Positions 13,521 to 26,717 of a stretch of DNA of 64,000 bases are shown here, in pieces. The notes under the pieces were generated by a model. That model was given only the letters and a program-made list of their open reading frames with translations, was not told the origin of the DNA and ran no database searches. The first letter of the stretch is position 1; each line of letters begins with the position of its first letter. Position numbers and translations under genes: made by a program. Source of the DNA: Epiperipatus broadwayi (lineage: Eukaryota > Animalia > Onychophora); the NCBI GenBank assembly GCA_028023455.1, contig JAQFVV010000004.1:4898001-4962000 (forward strand), written 5' to 3'.

Positions 13521-15411
13521 CAGTTTTAAAAATTGCAACAAAGATAACTGGTAGAAAAAAGCAGCAATTGACTAATAAAATTTCTACTGAGACTAGAGAA
13601 TTTATGAAGAAAAGAAGTAATATGAAAATATATAAAAATGATACATTAAAAAGGATTGAATATCTCAAATTTTGTAAAATGGTGTGGAAAAGAGTTGAAA
13701 ATGATATAAGAAAGTATAGCTGTGAACTAGCAAGGAAAGCTGTAGAAGAGAATAAAAGTCTCAAGAGCTGTAATACAACATTTTGGTATTGATAGGAAAT
13801 TTATATCTGCAATAAAAAAATGGAATTATTATTAAAAAGAGAGATGACATCATGAAATGAGTAGAAGACTGTTATCAAGATTTATATAGTAATAAAAAAA
13901 AAGTATCTCCTATATCTGTTACATCTTCCAAATTGCCCAGAATTTTAAATGAAGTGAAACATGAAATTAAATGTATGAAGAAAGAAAAGGTTCCAGGTAA
14001 TGATGGAATTATAATTGATATATTAAAAGAAGCAGGTAAAGAAACAGAAATTTTTTTAACAAAGTTATATACCAAATGTCTAAATGATAAAGATGTATCA
14101 AATGATTGGAAGAATGTAGTATTAATATTAATATTTAAAAAAGGTGATAAAGAATATATTAGAAAATACAGATCTATCAGCTTTTTATCAGTTTTATACA
14201 AAATGTTTACCAAGATAATTACAACTCATCTACAGAGAACATTGGATTCCCATCAACCAAGAGAACAAACTGGATTTAAAAGTGGTTTTAGTACAGTAGA
14301 TTATATCCAGGTATTGAAAGAAGTTTTTAGAAAGGACAAATGAATATGAGTTGCCATTATGCTTAGGATTTGTAGATTATGAAAAGGCATTTGATTCTAT
14401 AAACATTTCTTCAGTTATTAAAGCATTGGATCATCAAGATATAGATCCAGGATATTGTCATATTTTAAAGAATATTTATAAAAATTCAACAGCAACAATT
14501 AGATTACATAATGATACTAGGAAAGTCAACATTGAGAAGGGTATAAGACAGGGTGACTCCATATCTCCAAAACGGATTAAAATGGGAAGCTAAAGGAGTG
14601 AAAGTAAATGGAGATTATTTAAGTCATTTAGATTTTTGCAGATGATGTTGTTTTTGAAAATAATGCTTTAGAGCTGAGGAAATGTTGCAGGAGTTATCAG
14701 ATGAAAGTAGGAAATTAGGACTAAAGATAAATGTTAAAAAGACTAAAGTGAAGTTTAATGGATTGTCTCAAAATATGAAAATAAAGATTGATTATGATGA
14801 GTTAGAAGAAATTAACAGTTACAAATATCTTTGTCAGATTATTAATACAGATGGAAACATAATGGATGAAATTAATCATAGAATTAAAGTTGGTTGGAGT
14901 GCTTTTGGTAGAAATAACTTGATACTAAAAGGAAATATACCTATGTGTTTGAAAAGAAAGTTTTTTAATAAATGTGTTTTGCCAGTTCTTACTTATGGAT
15001 CTGAGACTTGGACACTTAATAGAAGAGCAATACAGAGACTTCAGACCACTCAAAGAAGTATGGAGAGATGCATGTTGGGAGTAACAAGAAGAGATCAAAA
15101 ATGCAATATATGGGTAAGAGAACAAACAGGTATTACTGACCTCATTGAAAAAATTAAAAGACTGAAATGGAGTTGGGTTAGACATATTACTAGAAGAGAT
15201 GATAATAGATGGACAATTGAAATCTTAAACTGGATTCCAAGAGATTGTAAAGACCCAGAAAGAGAGCACATGTGAGATGGATGGATGAAATAAGAAAGTG
15301 TGCAGTGGTGATGTGGAGAAGAGAAGCTAAAGATCAGAGAAGGTGGATTGAACTTGGAGATATCTTCATCCACAGTGGATTTACAAATAGTTGTTGTTGA
15401 TGATGATGATG
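13521..15411 (+). mobile_element. RTE-clade LINE, 5'-truncated, decayed
   Basis: RT motifs KVPGNDG, YRSISFLS, QPREQTGFKSGFST, FVDYEKAFDS, GIRQGDSISP, FADD (~14636-14648), PVLTYGSETW; 3' tail ccacagtggatttacaaatag(ttg)n(gat)n. Confidence 0.95.
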
Positions 15412-16439
15412 ATATCTTTGAAAAAGTAAATATTAAATATGCTTCTTTAATGCCCCAATGATTTCTATCAGGATCAAACCTAGTATAAAACACGTTATTT
15501 CTTTTCTGAATTAGTCTAATACCAAATGCAACAAGTAATATTTATAAATAATGAGTTAGTTCCTTTCCTCTTTCTTTTTTCTTTTCTTTTCTTTCTTTTT
15601 TTTTGAGCATAATTTTAAGACAAAATTATATACATGTGTTTATATCTTTGTAAAAGTAGATATTAAATATGCCTCTTTAATGTTCCCAATTTTTTTCATA
15701 AAGGTTCAGTACAAAATGCATAATTTCTTTTCTGAATTAGTTCTAATTATTATAAATTATTTCTGTCCAAAGAATAGTATCAGTGTTTTTCAATTTTTAA
15801 TTTTTAATTTTTTATTGAAGAAATTATTAATTTAAAAATTATTAATTTTTAGCTATATTTATATAGTTGCATTTCAGATGAAATTATTATGCATTATACA
15901 TTTTTAATACAAAAATAAGCTTAATTAAATAAAACAAATTCAAGTTTATTTAAATATAGTTAGAAAAAGAATCTGTTAATAGTAACAAATGGCCTGCCAA
16001 TAAATGGTTGGTTGCAATTAAAAATAATAGTTGCAAAAGATGAGAACAGGCAGCTTTATAAAAAAAATTGACACAGTTCAGGCAAATATATTTTTAATGT
16101 ATTATTTAGAGAGCATAATGTAAGAGGCAGTAATCACAATAGATATATTTATCATGAATAAGATGGTGAACCAATGATTAATAATAAAAGACCTAAGATT
16201 TTGTCAATCTATGGTATTCTCACCCACTAAAAGGCATCATCAAATTTAGTGAAAGTTGAAAAATGACATGAGCAGAATGGTAGTACCATGTTAAATTGAT
16301 TTTACCTCAGTTTTAAAAATCACCGAGATCACATTCTGACAATAATATGTCAACAAGTTGATTCATCTATTGTCTAGAAAATGCAATTTGTTACATAACC
16401 TTAGTTATTCTTGAATGAAAACCCATTAATTGATTATAT

Positions 16440-16791
16440 TAAATCTTTAAACATCATGTGATCACTATTTCCCATGCTTGCTCATAACAGTTGTTAAAAT
16501 AGGCAAAACTCTTTCCATACAGTAGTGCCACTCAAAGCAAAACAGAGTAATCAATGGATGCCAGAAGGCTTATGCATAAAATCCCTATCTAGTGCCTACT
16601 TATCCAATAACCCCAAACTAGTTTCTGGCTTGTGGTCTTCTCACTGATGAAGGCCACAAGCCAGAAACTAGTTTGGTGATATTGGATGAGTAGGCAGTAG
16701 ATAGGGATTTTATGCATAAGCCTTCTGGCATCCATTGATTACTCTGTCTTGATTTGAATGGCACTACTATATGGAGAGAGTTTTGCCTATT
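16440..16791. mobile_element. Palindromic PLE-type insertion: ~150-bp inverted arms (16494-16640 / 16649-16795), 54-nt one-sided tail, 14-bp TSD
   Basis: Near-perfect arms around an ~8-nt loop; TSD ttaattgattatat at 16426-16439 and 16792-16805; hammerhead core begins at the apex. Confidence 0.85.
16641..16678 (+). ncRNA. Minimal type-I hammerhead ribozyme-like motif
   Basis: CTGATGA A GGC-cacaa-GCC A GAAA CTAG TT tggtg; palindromic ACTAGT stem III as in dimer-forming PLE hammerheads; stem I 5' strand shortened by the fold-back. Confidence 0.6.
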
Positions 16792-18913
16792 TTAATTGAT
16801 TATATAAGGTAATTTCAATTGGGCATGATCAAGATGCTGATAATCCAAAAATACAAAGATGAAATTTTTCACCTTTATGTTGTTGCTACTGTTTATTCTT
16901 AAACCTGAAGCCATTTTTATCAGAAAATTAATATTCACAAATTGCCACCATCTCATGACATAATGAAGCTCTAGACGATTTTTGGCCATCTTACTCCCTG
17001 ACTTTCTCTTCCAGTAATTGTGTATAAGACATTTTGATACTGCTTGAAAAAGTCCTCTACCCACAAAAAACATATAATGCTGCAAAAGTATTAAACCAAT
17101 TAAATTATGATTAATAGCATCAAAAGTTTTTAGTACCATATGTCATATTCCATGTTCACTTGCATTGAACATTAAATAAATTTTTATTTGTACTAATTAC
17201 CACAGTATGATTTTTACCTCATCTACCTAGCTTATTTACCGCTTTAAAAATCAAATGTATTATTCACTTATTGTTAATGTGCTAATTTTACCTTATTAGC
17301 ATCACTCTTTATGAGATAATTTCTGCCAGTAGTATTTATAACACATTAAACTATCAGTTATATTTTGTCAAAAACTATTTAGCAATCACTTTTAAACTTT
17401 CTAAGAAAAGTCCCAGTAAAGTTGTTCAGATTTTTTTTAAGTTATTATTTTGCACTGAATAAGCATAAATAATATTTCATCATAAAATTAAAGTGAATGA
17501 CTGCATAATTTACTTTTCTTGACTGGAATTTGTTTAGCCTTGACGATGATAAATTTTTGATATCCATCTTGGAAAAAATGTCACAGATATGTTTATATAT
17601 ATAGATAATGTTTATTTTACAAATGTATATATTTACATTTAAAAAACTGTAATGGGAAATGTATATATTATTTATTTTCTTGTCAAAGTCAAACCTATTA
17701 AGATTTTGTAGAACTAATACAATAACAAAATGATATTGGATAAATTAATATGATCACAGACTGCAGTGGAAAAACATCATTTAGAAAAATTGTTTATGGA
17801 TGAAGAGGTGAGCTAAGAATGACCTCAATTGACTTGCAGGCATAGCTTGTACAAATATTGCAACGCTTTATTTTGTATTTTGCTATCTGTCTGCTTGAAA
17901 GTCAATCAAACTGAATTCAATTTCAGTTTCATTTCTCAAGAGAAAGCGAAAAGAGAGGGGATTGAAAAGTTTTTCCAAGCTTCAGGCCAGCCTAGTTCTA
18001 TTAGCTTTGGTGTACAGAGGAGGCTTTAGGGACCAATTATCTTCAGTCAGAAATCTGCCAATGATGAAGGGGGAGTCCAAAGGCATTGGTCAGTTATACA
18101 ACTGTTAATTTACAACAAAATTAATTACAGTCAAGAAGGTTGGACAAACTTGTCCATTGGCTTTGAACCATTAATTATCACTTGTCCATCTTGTCCTCTT
18201 AAAGCCCTGTCATTAACTTTTCAATTTGTTGCAGATACTAAGATGAACTCTAAAAGTTACTTTTTCTTCACTTTTACTCTAAAATTATTTCAGTATATAA
18301 ATCTCACATAAAATATCAGCAAATTAAAAAAATGATTTTCTTGATTAAAACAATAAAAAGAAATTTAATATGACTCAATTCAGTTAGGTCATATAAAATT
18401 TTGCAACGGTCATTGGCTGATGGCATTATAATAATCAATCATAATGTGACATTCTGCAAGATAAGCCATTATCGTTTCTTTTCCATCTTTCTGATGGAGT
18501 AAATGCCAGTTTCAAATGTCTAATGTATAATTAATAGCTTCATATTTGAGTTATCACTAAAATATAATTCCAGAAAGTGAAATAATGCATCAAAAATATC
18601 AGAATAAAGACATAATCATTTCATTTCTGATTGTATTGAAATATTTTTTTTTCTATGTGAACTAAATTTTCTTTAAAGAAAACTGATTGATCTCGTATAA
18701 ACAGAATTAAAATAAAGCTTAGATCAATCTAGAGATGAATAATAAATATTTAAAACAATTTAGAATTTCAAACTGATTTTTTTTATTTAAAAAAAATACA
18801 TTTGTGTGTGTTGATGGATATTTTAAATATGTATATAGCGCACACACTTTTCTACATAATCAACTTGCTTCAGTTTAGGCCTTTATTTCTTGCTAGTAAA
18901 AATATTAAATGAC

Positions 18914-19446
18914 ATATACCTATATATTACATATATAAACACAGGTATATAATAAGCCTGTGTGTTTCAGTTATTACATAGTAGAGATGTCTGCCCATCC
19001 CTTGTATATGTATTAAATGGATTATGTCCTGTACATGAGGGGGCAGATTGACCTTAGGTCAACATGGGTGTGACAAGAATCTCGACCTCAGGGTGGCCTT
19101 TGAGCATTCCATCATTAGATTTTCAATTGGATGGGCGGCTGAAGAATTGAAGAGTGGAGCAGATTGAAGCCTGTCCATTAAAGTAAGAAGATTGGCCGTC
19201 TTAATATATATTAGAGCACTTATAGCATATATGTGTGGAGATGGAAATCTGGACCAACTGATGATTACTGGTTTAGCATGAAATACGCATATTGGTGATT
19301 ATTTATCTTTTCGACATATATGTGTTCAAGTGTATCAGTGTTATGAGATAGTGTAGAGAGTGATGGGTCATGTGAAAGTCTGTGCTCATATACCCTATAT
19401 ATTACATATATTAGCACATGTATATAATAAGCCGGTGTGTTTCAGT
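18914..19446 (+). mobile_element. ~460-530-bp non-coding retroposon family, copy 1 (direct terminal repeats, 11-bp TSD)
   Basis: TSD tattaaatgac at 18903-18913 and 19447-19457; ~60-bp terminal repeat catatacc(c)tatatattacatat...gtgtttcagtta at both ends; body homologous to the 33-34.5, 50.6-51.0 and 55.4-56.0 kb copies. Confidence 0.8.
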
Positions 19447-20422
19447 TATTAAATGACAAACTGGTCGGGGCAAATCCTTCTCAAAATCAAAATGCAAACA
19501 AATTATATAAATATATTAATGCATGAAATCTCATAAATAGTAATTGCATCTTTTAGAATGTCTTGGGTTTTTTATTACATTTGTATTCATTACATTTAAT
19601 TATATTTTTACTGCAATGCCAATTGGAAATTTTATTATTCAGATCTCTCAGCTTATAGGTATGTAAATTCTGTGTTTAAAAGTAGATAAGGTTAATTTGA
19701 TAGCAGAATACTGTGATCAAATTATAACTTGTAATCATCATTATGGTAGTTTGCTAATTCTCGGTACTTCTTTGATATGTACCACACATGCCTACCTTTT
19801 AGGTGATATATAACTTTTTTTGAAAATCCTTACTTGCAATAAAATGTAAGTCATCAAATGAACAATCGCTCAAAGCCTTAATGTATATTACTTTAATATC
19901 AGGAGATCTGAGGAAAACAATTAGATATTCAAAATAGTCAGCAATTTTGTAACTGTGAAAAGTAAAGTGTTGTATTGCATAAAGTATGTAAAAAAATATT
20001 TCTCATTTATATTATTAATAACATCATATAAACATTTATGAACATGAAAGAACAGATCCATATTGTGATCCATGACCTTTAGCTATCAAATCCACCCTTC
20101 TACCATTATAATAAAACATGTGGTGCACTTTTTATTCAGTCAAAAATTATTATCTTTAAATCTTAATTATAGATGTATTAAAAATCATATATATATGGAA
20201 CTATTTATGTGTACATAATATTCTCTTCTACTCAGGCACATAAATTTATATTTATAGAAACCACAATTAACACTTTTAAATTTCAAAAATATGTTTATCT
20301 TCTTTACAAAGTATATTATCAACTTATCTTTCTTTATGCATTGATAAAATTATAAAAAAATCAAACAAACCCACCATTCTCTTTACTTTTTCAATGTTTA
20401 TGTTATTAGATTAAAATTAATC

Positions 20423-20464
20423 TAGCTAACAGTTTCGATTGCCTAATAATCTTCCTCAGAGTTA
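20423..20464 (-). ncRNA. Minimal type-I hammerhead ribozyme-like motif in a solo pLTR-like fragment
   Basis: Reverse complement taact CTGAGGA A GATT-attaggc-AATC GAAA C T GTT agcta; flanks (~20360-20490) closely match those of 25322-25420. Confidence 0.7.
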
Positions 20465-20595
20465 CAAAACATATATAAATACATAATATACAACATTATA
20501 TCTACTAGTAACTGATTTTTTTTTCTTATATTTAGAAGAGATGAAAATTAATTTTATAAATAGTCAAAAGAGAGAATTATTATATAACATTAAAA

Positions 20596-23513
20596 CTGGT
20601 ATTCCAAACCTGTTTACCACTGAAGACCATATAAACTATTTAACATCAAGTCATGGGCCACATTGCAATAAAATATGGAAATTTAAATAAAGCATAATAT
20701 TATTAACCTTGTAGTTTTACATATAAATTATGACAAAATATAACTATTGTAAAAATATATGTAAAATGCAGAAACTGTTTCCAAACTAATATTAATTCAA
20801 TTCAATAATATTGCATTATTTTTTTGAAAAAACTTGGCATAATTTTTCATTAACCAATTCTTCAAAATTTGCTTGAATTCACTGATATATAGATTTTTTA
20901 AAAATTGATTGGTTCATTAATCTTGATCTTTCTCCAGTATGTTTTTTTAAATGAAAATAATTGTTCACACAAATATGTGCTGCCTAACATGACTAAAATA
21001 TGCCTAATGACACACAATATAAGGGAAATCAGTTGACTGATAAATAATTATAGAAATTTGGAATTCCAACTTCTACATATTTTTTGTTTCAATATGAAAT
21101 CATATTGAATTTTAATTGATTCCAGTTGTAAATTATCATCCACAGTTTCAACATCAATTGATAAAGAAGCAAATAGATGAAATTGAGTTCTACATTTTTT
21201 CAAATATGAAAACATTCTTTCAAATTCATTTTTTAATATTACAATTTGACTAACATATTCTGAAAATTTCAACCCAATGATTTTTATAATAATGACCAGT
21301 AACATTCAAAATAAGATATATTTTCATTTTGAAGTTGTTTTTTTCCAACGTAATAATTTTTATTTGAAAACATTAATATTGTCAAATAACATTGTGACTA
21401 TAGGGTGTTTGCCTTGTAGTTTTGGATTAAATTGATTAAGTTGATTTATAATGGCAACTGAAAAAGCCAGATTCTTTATCCATTGATCATCTCACAATAT
21501 TCCACATTTATAATTTTTTGATTCTAGAAAAATAGTAATTTCATTCAGAAACTCAAAGAATCACTTAAAACATTATGGCTAAAAAGCCCCGTCTAATTTC
21601 TGTATAATGAGGAAGAACAGTGTATTCACTTTCTAAGTGTATGAATATAATTTACAATTTTAGTGACATTTTTCAGCAAATGTCCAATATTTAAAACTTT
21701 GGGGCACAATATTTTCTGATGAATAATGCAACAAAAATATTGACCTTCTTCTTTGCCTTTTTGTTTTAACTTTGTAACAATCCTTTAAGGATCACCAGTC
21801 ATGGAAAAAGCATCATCAGTTGAGAGACAAACTAACTTGTTAATGGTAAATTGTATTGAATCAAAACTTTTATAAGATTGTCCAAAATATCAACATCTCT
21901 AGTAGTATTGTGCATTGGAATAAGTTCTAGAAGTTTCTTCACTAACTCTCAAGTTTGCATTACTTCCATGAAGAATAAACAGCTAATTGAGTGGTATTCT
22001 ATGCATCTGTAATTTCATAAATTGCAATGAAATAAGTCTCAAATGTTGGAATTATTGATTCTATTTGATTCCTTAAATTCTCAGCTATGTCATCAATTTT
22101 GCTAGCAATGGTATTTCAAGATAAACTTATAGTTTTGCACTTCTTTACTTGTTCTGGTCACAACACTTCTACAGCTTTAACAAGGCACTTTCTAATAAAT
22201 TCCCCTTCGGCAAGTGTTTTTGATTTATTTGCAATTAAGTATGCTAATAAATAGCTAGTTTTAACAACAGTCCTATTATCCTCAGTAGGCTTGGTAAATA
22301 CACTTTGTTGTTTTTTGAGTGTCAATTTTAATTCTGCCATTTTATCTTCTCAAAGTTGCCCAACATATCTGTCATAGCATTCTCTATTATTTTTATTGCA
22401 GTGCTTCTTGAGATTATATTCTTCGCAAACTGTGATGAAGTTTCTACATATCATACATAAAATTTTATTTTTTTCTTCAATAAAAATATATTGTAATCCC
22501 CATTTTTCTTTAAATCTATAATGTTCATCTACAATGCATTATTTTAATTTATATTGGTATAGGGCTTTGACATAATTATAAATGTTTAATCATTTAAAAA
22601 ACACTAACAGTATAGTTTTGTTAACATTCAGATCCCAATTAAACTCTTAGAATGAAGCAGACATTACAAGCTTTATTTAAATCTCAAAAGTGCCTACATG
22701 TGCAAACAATAACATACCTCTTATGTTTATAATTACAGTGCATAACATTACCACAAGTAAATATCATATCACCTCAAATGTTAAGAAATTTCAAATATCA
22801 AATCACCTCAAACATGTTTATCCATAGAGATTGTAGCTGAAAATTTTGTAACATCTGAGGTGATTTGATATCTCATATGATTAATACCTCCTGCAGTATA
22901 ACACAGAATAAATTTTGTGGACACATTGTATAGGCAATAAAGTGTTTACTACAACATTTAATAAAAATAAAAAATTTTGAAATGTTTTGGAAAAATGATG
23001 AAAATTTGGGATTTTCTTTTGACAGAGCAGCATACTGTGAAGTATTTACAAAGAAACAAGATCCTGTCTTTCCAAAAAGCACATAATATGACACTTTATG
23101 TTTCTTATATTTTTATTATTTTTATATTAATAAATTGACTTAATACAAAAAATAATAATAAATATATTGGAAATATTAAAATTAATTTTTGCAGAATTTA
23201 TTCCTTTTTAAAAAATAATAATTAAAAAAGAAATGTAAACATTAAATATGACCATTTCCTGTGAGCCATATTGTTTTTAATACTTGTTGTATACCCCTGA
23301 AACTATATTTTTAAAAAAATCATTTGTCAAGTTTGGTAAACAGGAGAATGCACAAGCATTATTTATTTCATTTATTTACATATGCATAATCATAATCAAA
23401 AATCCATTATTGTCAAAACATATTGACTATTATGGTTACCAATCTTTGCGGGCCACAGATTTTTTTGTTGGAAGGCTGCATGTGACCTATGGTTCATGTG
23501 TTTGATGTGCCTG
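20596..23513 (-). mobile_element. hAT transposon (SPIN/Charlie, GTF2IRD2-like transposase), decayed
   Basis: 8-bp TSD cattaaaa at 20588-20595 and 23514-23521; degenerate TIRs ctggtattccaaac / caggcacatcaaac; minus-strand LCMIC...EYNLKKH, LKKQQSVFTKP...SYLLAYLIANKSKTLAEGEFIRKCL, and GSTYLCEQLFS. Confidence 0.9.
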
Positions 23514-23945
23514 CATTAAAAGAAGCAAATTTAAATTCAAATTAGTAACAGTTGGAAAAACTGAATAAGAAAGAGATGGGTACTGAGATTAGTTAAATAA
23601 TATAATAATAAAATAAAAATAGTATATAATAATTTATAGGGTTTAATAAGTATTTAGATTGATAATTAAAAAAAATTAATAAATAAATAATATAAGATCA
23701 ACAGTTTTATAGATTGAATATATATATTGCAATTTTATATGCATGATAATGTTAATTAATATAAAATAATTAATAGATATTAAGGAGTTATGTAATAATC
23801 CTATTTAATGATATAGGTGTAGTATAAGTTGGGAAGAGTTTAATAACTAATCTTTCTTATTGCATTGCCAAATGTATATCATATAATACTAAACCAGCCA
23901 TGTACTTTACTACTGTTACACAATGCTTTATTTACCACCTTCTTT

Positions 23946-23992
23946 TACAGTTTGCAGTTTCGATTGTCCCAGCAATCTTCTTCAGAACCACA
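23946..23992 (-). ncRNA. Type-I hammerhead-like motif in the 3' pLTR (cleavage triplet altered to GCA)
   Basis: Reverse complement tgtggtt CTGAAGA A GATTG-ctggga-CAATC GAAA C T GCA aactgta. Confidence 0.7.
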
Positions 23993-24500
23993 ACATAATA
24001 CAAATATATGGATATAAATATACATTCTATATATACATCTTATAATCATCATCTATTTATTACCTTTTAAATATTTTTTACTCTTTTTTACATTCTATAT
24101 TTATTAATTAAAACCTCCTATAAACATATATATTCTATTTTTATTCTTTATTTTATTTTATTCTTATTACTCTTTAAATACTTAACTCTAACTTAATATC
24201 TTTTATATTTTACATTATTATTATTCATTTTATTAACAATAAATATTTATAATTTATTTATTCAATAATTTATAATTTATTTTAATCTATAATATTATTA
24301 TTTTAAGCACATTTTAACCCATCTTTTATTTATATCTCCTAACTTCAACCGCGAATTTCAAATTTTAAAACTTTACCATTATACTTTTAGTAGTTCCCTC
24401 TTTAAATTTTACACTTATATTATTAGCAGTTTCATCTTCCAATTTTTTATATAACTAAATTTTTTTTAGGTCCAAATCTCTATTCAAAAACGAACTTAAT

Positions 24501-24611
24501 GTCTTGCGTTGGTGGTCGAGAGGTCAGCGCGACTGCCTTGCACTTGCAGGCAGTTGCCCGGGTTGCGGGTTCGCGTCCCGGCCGATGCTATGACACTTAA
24601 AAAAAAAAAAA
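24501..24611 (+). mobile_element. tRNA-Gly(TCC)-derived SINE copy 1
   Basis: gcgttggtgg...ctgccttgca...gcagttgcccggg...ggttcgcgtcccggccgatgc; A- and B-boxes; poly(A); 15-bp TSD aaaaacgaacttaat; inserted in the PLE ORF remnant. Confidence 0.9.
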
Positions 24612-24937
24612 AAAAACGAACTTAATATTATTAATATAAATAGCCTCTTTTATTTTTCTCTTTTATTATCAGTAAATTTTTTTCTAAACAAAAAAAAAAG
24701 TAAATTGTATCATCCTTAAACAATTCTTTTCAAACTCATGCCCTGTTTCTAAAGAATAAAAATAGAATATATATGTTTATAGGAGGTTTTAATTAATAAA
24801 TATAGAATGTAAAAAAGAGTAAAAAAAATATAATATTTAATAGGTAATAAATAGGTGATGATTATAAGATGTATATATAGAATGTAAATTATATGTTCAT
24901 GTATATTTATATTTATATTCATATGTTTGTATTATGT

Positions 24938-24984
24938 TGTAGTTCTGAAGAAGATCGCTGGAACAATCAAAACTGTAAACTGTA
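24938..24984 (+). ncRNA. Type-I hammerhead-like motif in the inverted 5' pLTR (G12->A)
   Basis: tgtagtt CTGAAGA A GATCG-ctggaa-CAATC AAAA C T GTA aactgta; 7-bp stem I with wobbles. Confidence 0.7.
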
Positions 24985-25321
24985 AAAGAGGGCGGTAAAT
25001 ATAGCATTGTGTCACAGCAGTAAAGTCCATGGATGATTTAGTATTATATTGGGAAAAGTTTAATATATGTATATATGTTTAAGATAAATATGTGTATACA
25101 TCATAGTTATATTGAAGGTGGTTCTTTATGTATTGTATATAATAGGGATAAAATATGAAAGTGTAGTATAAATGAAAAATATAAATATATTTGGTATGTA
25201 TGCATATATATAGAAAGACATAAGCAATAAGATATATGTTAAAAAATGAGTCATTTACTAGTATATATAATGTGTGTTTATATGCTTAAGTATTTGTATG
25301 TTTATGTATTTTTATTTTTTG

Positions 25322-25363
25322 TAGCTCTGATGAAGGTTGCTGGGCAGTCGAAACTGTCAGATG
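25322..25363 (+). ncRNA. Type-I hammerhead ribozyme-like motif with intact core and GUC triplet
   Basis: tagct CTGATGA A GGTTG-ctggg-CAGTC GAAA C T GTC agatg; stem I has one mismatch (the 20.4-kb relative has agcta). Confidence 0.7.
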
Positions 25364-26717
25364 GATTAATTTTAATTTAATAAAATAAACATTGAAAAGG
25401 TAAAAAGAAAGGTGTATTTTTCCCCCAAAAATATGGTTGTAGATATTAAAAAAATATATTATAATGGGTTTTAATATGCATTTTTATTGAACTTAAGTCA
25501 CTTTAGTTAGGCAAAATCATAACTCTCTATGAAGAATAATGATTTAGTTGAAAAACATATTAGGGACAATTAATATTCAAAGTATCTGACTATATTTTTT
25601 AAAATGTAAATGTTTTAACTTTAATTTCTAGAAATCTAAGATTATGCAGAAGAAAAAATGAATGGTTGATAGGATGAGTGTCATGCAAATAAGTAAAGAA
25701 TTATAAATATTTCTAAAATGTTTAATTTCAATGGAATTTGAGGAGGGACCGTACTGCTGCCATCAGAAGGCGCTGCGACACCATCAACAACCAGCCTGAA
25801 ACATGCAAGTAATAAATTTATTTACGAAAGTGGCTCAAAATTGACAAATAAAAAAAAATGCTATGAAATTCAAATAATAAAAAAAGTGATGAAAGTGGCT
25901 CAAAATTGACAAATAAAAAAGAAAACAACAAAATGCTATGAAATTCAAATAAAAAAAAATAAAAAACCATGAAAATACGAGAAAGAGCTCCCCCCCCCTA
26001 TAATCAAAAATTCTTCACTTAAATCAAAAAATAAAAATGCCTGAGGATATATATATCCAAGAAATACATGGAAAGTACAAATTATAAAAAAGAAAATAGT
26101 ATCAAATCCTATAATAATTCAAATTAAAAAAATAAATAAGTCCATGATTAATACAAAAACAAACATGGCGGACAAAAAGTGGAAAATCCAAAATCATCTA
26201 ATTATTTACCTTTCGACATTTCCAAATATGAATGGGCAAATTAAGTAGCTGTCAATATTTGAAAATGATCAGATTTAAAAACAAAGGTTATATAAACTAA
26301 AAAGAATATTACTGGTTTGAAATTATGGCATCTCATCAAACATAACCCCCCCCCATGAAGAATTTCTATCCAAAAATAACTAAAATGCACAAATTAAATC
26401 AAAAAAATACTTTTAAAATACAAATAAATAAAAAATTTGATCAAAAATAATTAAAAGCAATTGTTATATAAACTAAAAAGAATATTACATGAGAGAATCC
26501 ATTTCTCAAATTGCATCAAGAATACGATCAAAAATAATTAAAATGGAAATACAGAATTTGGTGTATATTTCTAAGAGATAAACTCTCTCCCCCTTCCGCA
26601 TGAAGAATTACTGAGTAACTTTTCACAAATATATATTTAATATTTAAAAATAAAAAGACTATTTGCAAATAATAAGTCACACACTTAAATACAGAGTAAT
26701 AAATAGTAAGTAATTAA

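Larger units (their letters stand above)
23846..25048 (-). mobile_element. 5'-truncated Penelope-like element with inverted pLTRs, 35-nt tail and 17-bp TSD
   Basis: Inverted repeats 23881-24150 / 24750-25049; minus-strand ETGHEF (24732-24749) and RKIKEAIYI (24633-24659); TSD ttgggaa(g/a)agtttaata at 23829-23845 and 25049-25065; 35-nt extension on the 3' copy only; hammerhead motif in each pLTR. Confidence 0.9.

Noticed and set aside
22720-23290. Possible nested MITE inside the hAT (tacccctg end; atcacctcaaa repeats)
   Set aside because: No matching second terminus or TSD found.
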